Below are positions 60,908 to 64,000 of a stretch of DNA of 64,000 nucleotides, in pieces (position 1 is the stretch's first letter; each line of letters opens with the position of its first letter). The DNA lies in assembly GCA_963777565.1 (NCBI GenBank), contig CAVZQZ010000007.1:55209-119208 (forward strand), read 5' to 3'. The translations under genes were made by a program, and so were the position numbers. This stretch comes from an uncultured Thermoleophilia bacterium (lineage in GTDB: Bacteria > Actinomycetota > Thermoleophilia > Miltoncostaeales > Miltoncostaeaceae). A model generated the notes under the pieces. It saw only the letters and a program-made list of their open reading frames with translations, was not told the origin of the DNA and searched no databases.

Positions 60908-61747
60908 TTGTCACGTTCGTCACATTGTGGGGTGGTTGCGCTGCTGATCGATACCGTCGTGGCACGATCCACCTTCCGTCTCGCCACGAGCGTGAGCCGA
61001 GAATCCGCCTCGGTGGTGCTCCTGCACGCGGGCGTCGCGGATCGACGGAGTTGGCTTGGGGTGATGCGCGCCCTCATGCCGGACCACGGGTCGGTCGCGT
61101 ACGACCGCCCGGGTTTCGGCGACACGCCGGCGGCCGGATCGGCCGGGACCGAGCTCGATCACCTCGACGCGGTCGTCGAGACGCTCGCGTCGGCTCCGCT
61201 GGTGCTGGTCGGCAACTCGCAGGGCGGGCGGATCGCAATCGACTTCGCCCTGCGCTCACCCGGGCTCGTGCGGACCCTCGTGCTCGTCGCGCCGGCGATC
61301 GGAGGGGCGCCCGAACCCGCGCTCGACGGCGCAGTCGCGGCACTCGCGCACGCCATCGACGCGGCCGAGGCCGCGCGCGATCTCGACGAGGTCAATCGGC
61401 TCGAGGCGCTCGCGTGGCTCGACGGTCCGGCAGGCCCCGAGGGAAGAGCGGCGCCGGAGGCTCGGGCGCTCTTCCTCACGATGAACGGTATCGCGCTCGC
61501 GTCCGGCGACGCGGCCAGGGTCGAAGCACCGACGTCTGCGTACGGGCGTCTCGAGGATCTGCGTGCACCGACGCGGGTGATCGTCGGCAGCCTGGACCTT
61601 CCGCACGTGATCGCGCGGGCGCGCGAACTGGCGGTCCGTGCCCCGCGGGCGGAGCTCACCGTCATGGACGGCGTGGCGCATCTTCCTCAGCTCGAGCGGC
61701 CCGGCGAGGTCGCGGCGCTCATTCGCGCCGCCATCGCCGCGGCCTGA
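60908..61747 (+). CDS. Alpha/beta-fold hydrolase
   Basis: Reads VVLLHAGVADRRSW, the nucleophile elbow GNSQGG, and the C-terminal GVAHLPQLERP. The start is uncertain (an alternative GTG lies at 60932). Confidence 0.75.
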   Translation: MSRSSHCGVVALLIDTVVARSTFRLATSVSRESASVVLLHAGVADRRSWLGVMRALMPDHGSVAYDRPGFGDTPAAGSAGTELDHLDAVVETLASAPLVLVGNSQGGRIAIDFALRSPGLVRTLVLVAPAIGGAPEPALDGAVAALAHAIDAAEAARDLDEVNRLEALAWLDGPAGPEGRAAPEARALFLTMNGIALASGDAARVEAPTSAYGRLEDLRAPTRVIVGSLDLPHVIARARELAVRAPRAELTVMDGVAHLPQLERPGEVAALIRAAIAAA

Positions 61748-61756
61748 CCGTCCGCG

Positions 61757-62557
61757 TCAGGTCTGGCAGGTCGGGCACCAGGAGACCGTCCGGTTGGCGT
61801 CGCCCATTCCGCGCGACGCGACCGGCGTGCCGCACCGGCGGCACGGACGGCCGGCTCGCCCGTACACCCACGTGCGCTCCCGGCTTCTCGGGTCGGGCGA
61901 ACGGTACGTCACGATCGGTCCGCGGTGGCGCACGCCGTCGGCCAGGAGGCGCGATGCGGTGCGCCCCAGCCCCGCGGCCTCGTCGGCGCTGAGGGCGCCC
62001 ACCGCCCGCCACGGGCTGATGCCGCAGAGGAAGAGCGTCTCGCTGCGATAGACGTTGCCGATGCCGGCGACGACCCGCTGATCCATGAGCGCGTCGCCGA
62101 CCGGGCGCGTGGGATCGACGCGCGCCAGGGCTCGGGCGGTCGCATCGCCGGGTTCGATGTCGGCGTCGAGCAGGTCGGGACCCAGCGCCGTAACCGCCGG
62201 GATGAGCTCCCCCGGCCCGTAGAGGCGCAGGCGCGGGCCGCCGTACTGCGCGGCGACGTGATGCTCGGTCCACAGCGCCACCCACAGGCCGCGCGGTGAC
62301 GGCGACCGCTCGCTGCCGGCGAGCCGCCACCTGCCGCCCATTCCCAGGTGCGAGTGCAGCACATCGCCCGACGCGAACCGGATGAGATGGTGCTTGCCCT
62401 CGGCGGCGACCTCATCGACGCGGAGTCCGGTGAGCCGATCGGGCAGGCGCTGCGGGTCCACGCGGGGCTCGGGCGCGTCGACGCGGACGATCACCTGCCC
62501 CGTCAGGGCTGCGCCGAGACGCAACGCGTTGCGGTGGCTGACCTGTCCCTCCGGCAC
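61757..62557 (-). CDS. Fpg/Nei family DNA glycosylase/AP lyase
   Basis: N-terminal MPEG (catalytic Pro2), H2TH (GIGNVYRSETLF), and the zinc finger CRRCGTPV...WCPTCQ. Confidence 0.85.
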   Translation of the reverse strand: MPEGQVSHRNALRLGAALTGQVIVRVDAPEPRVDPQRLPDRLTGLRVDEVAAEGKHHLIRFASGDVLHSHLGMGGRWRLAGSERSPSPRGLWVALWTEHHVAAQYGGPRLRLYGPGELIPAVTALGPDLLDADIEPGDATARALARVDPTRPVGDALMDQRVVAGIGNVYRSETLFLCGISPWRAVGALSADEAAGLGRTASRLLADGVRHRGPIVTYRSPDPRSRERTWVYGRAGRPCRRCGTPVASRGMGDANRTVSWCPTCQT

Positions 62558-62567
62558 TCCGGTGCTC

Positions 62568-62885
62568 CTATCCCTCGGCCAGGGCGAAGACCACCAGCAC
62601 CGAGAGGTCCTCGGCGATCTGCACGAACCGATGGTCCGCGCCCGCCTCGACGAAGATCACGCTTCCGGGCCCGACGGTCCGGCGGCGACCGTCGCACTCG
62701 AAATCAGCCCGGCCCGCGATGACGTAGTAGAGCTCATCCCGCGCGTGCGGCTGCTGGGGGTCCCCGGCTCCCGCCGGCAGCTCGTAGAGGCCGCCGCTCA
62801 TCGACCCGGTCCTGAGGAACTCCTGGTAGAGCTGGCCCGCGGCGATCCGGTCGCCACGAACTCCGTCGAGGTCGTCGATCTGCAT
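62568..62885 (-). CDS. Cupin-domain protein (105 aa)
   Basis: Reads MQIDDLDG...GLYELPAGAGDPQQPHARDELYYVIAGRADFECDGRRRTVGPGSVIFVEAGADHRF. The TGATG junction joins it to the upstream lhr stop. Confidence 0.75.
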   Translation of the reverse strand: MQIDDLDGVRGDRIAAGQLYQEFLRTGSMSGGLYELPAGAGDPQQPHARDELYYVIAGRADFECDGRRRTVGPGSVIFVEAGADHRFVQIAEDLSVLVVFALAEG

Positions 62886-64000
62886 CAGCGCGACTCGGAG
62901 CGAAGCTCGAGGCCGCGAAGCCCCGAGAAGAACCCGGCCTCCAGCATCACCGGCTCGGCGACCGACCCGAACACCGAGATGCCGTCGAATCGTTCGACGC
63001 TCACCCGGCGACCGCGACCGGACCGGATCCACTCGGCGAGCGCGGCGACCGCGTGGCCCATCCACTCCGGCTCCGGCTCGCGCAGCGCGAGCAGGCTGCG
63101 GCCACCGCGCTCCAGGTAGAGCACCGGGACGCCGTCCACCAAGACCACCTGCGCGCCGAACGTCCGGGAGGGCCCGCGATTGGCGCCGCGTCTGGGCCAG
63201 GGGACCGCCGCTCCGAAGGGCTGGGCCGGATCGGCTGCGCCCAGGACCAGCGTCACCGGGTCGGTCGTCCGGCTCGCGCACGTCGCGCAGCCGTTCGACC
63301 GCCCCGGGCATCGCGAACTGCGCACCGCCGAGCCCGGCCAGGAAGTAGCCGCGGCGGCAGCGCCCGAGCGTCTCGAGCTCCGACAACGGCCGGTACACGC
63401 CCGCGAACCCGCCCGCAACGCCGTCGCCGAGGACCGCGGCGCGGGTCACGACGCCGTGGCGCTCCAGGAGCACCTCGGCGACGGCCCGGGCGCGCTCGTC
63501 GTGCGCGGGTGCCCGCGCAAAGAGGCGGCCGGTCAACGACCAGCGCCCGGCGACGGCGCCGCGGGCCGCACCGGCGCCGCGGGCGCTGCGCCGTCCGAAC
63601 CGCGCGGAGCTCGAGGTGGGGCGCGGCAGCCGTCGCGGGGCGCGAAGCGGCATCCAGAGGTCGTTGGTGACCTCCCCGGCCCACACCAGGCTCCACAGCG
63701 TCGTGAAGATCTCCTCGGCTGGTGCGTCGAGCCCACCGCAGATCTCGTCCCAGAACGCCGCACCCGAGCCGAGCGCGCCGCGCAGGCGGTCCGCGAGGTC
63801 GCCCTCGGGCGCCGGATCCGACGGCGGCGGGCCGAGCAGCGGAGCGTCGTCACGGAAGTAGACGGCCACCCGCCCGCCATCGCGGCCCATCGCCCCGGCG
63901 CCGACCCAGACGATCTCGCCCGCCCCGGCCAGGGCATCGAGCCACGTCGGGCGAATATCCGCCGATCCGTCGCGGGAAGACCTCCTGCTCCCACTGGGCC
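62885..64000 (-). pseudogene. lhr: 3' end of an Lhr-like ATP-dependent helicase (continues beyond the window), with at least two frame changes
   Basis: C-terminal Lhr-like sequence is split over three frames: QWEQEVFPRRIGGYSP | TWLDALAGAGEIVWVGAGAMGRDGGRVAVYF...GYFLAGLGGAQFAMPGAVERLRDVREPDD | PVTLVLGAADPAQPFGAAVPWP...VVLVDGVPVLYLERGG. The switches are at ~63950 and ~63260. Confidence 0.65.

Overview
High-GC (~70%) bacterial chromosome segment. The gene content (Rpf-like transglycosylase, LCP protein, form I CO dehydrogenase, ROK kinase, NDH-2) suggests Actinomycetota, possibly a Thermoleophilia- or Rubrobacter-like lineage; this is inference only. Most of the window is tightly packed housekeeping and metabolic genes, many joined by 4-nt ATGA/GTGA overlaps. 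Left to right: pstSCAB-phoU; a minus-strand methylmalonyl-CoA mutase / propionyl-CoA carboxylase operon with a divergent GntR regulator; coxMSL (form I, AYRCSFR motif) followed by an XdhC-YHS fusion; moaDE-selA-(TPR)-selB; a GCS2 ligase; a four-gene ExeA-like AAA+ / small RHH-like / CHAD / CHAD operon; an rpf-like gene, def, an ACT-domain gene, folE2 and a primary-like sigma factor; a second pst operon with a fused pstCA; a membrane/deacetylase pair; an IS200-like Y1 (RAYT-type) transposase flanked by nested inverted 19-nt repeats; LCP, ROK, rsmI, metG, tatD, rsmA, ispE and an S8 protease; a heavily frameshifted ppk1; ftsH, a MarR regulator, a MacB-type ABC pair, a beta-lactamase-like hydrolase, ndh, CBS, a hydrolase, fpg/nei, a cupin and the 3' end of lhr. 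The observations most worth a second look are: (1) the ATPase-RHH-CHAD-CHAD module, set in a window rich in phosphate and polyphosphate genes; (2) the REP/RAYT element, plus a second copy cluster of the same repeat 21 kb away; (3) ppk1, broken by roughly 19 frame changes while its neighbours are intact; (4) the XdhC-YHS fusion next to a minimal form I CODH; (5) an orphan MerR-type promoter. Everything was read by eye from the sequence and the ORF track, with no searches run. Start codons are inferred, and family names rest on motifs I recognise.
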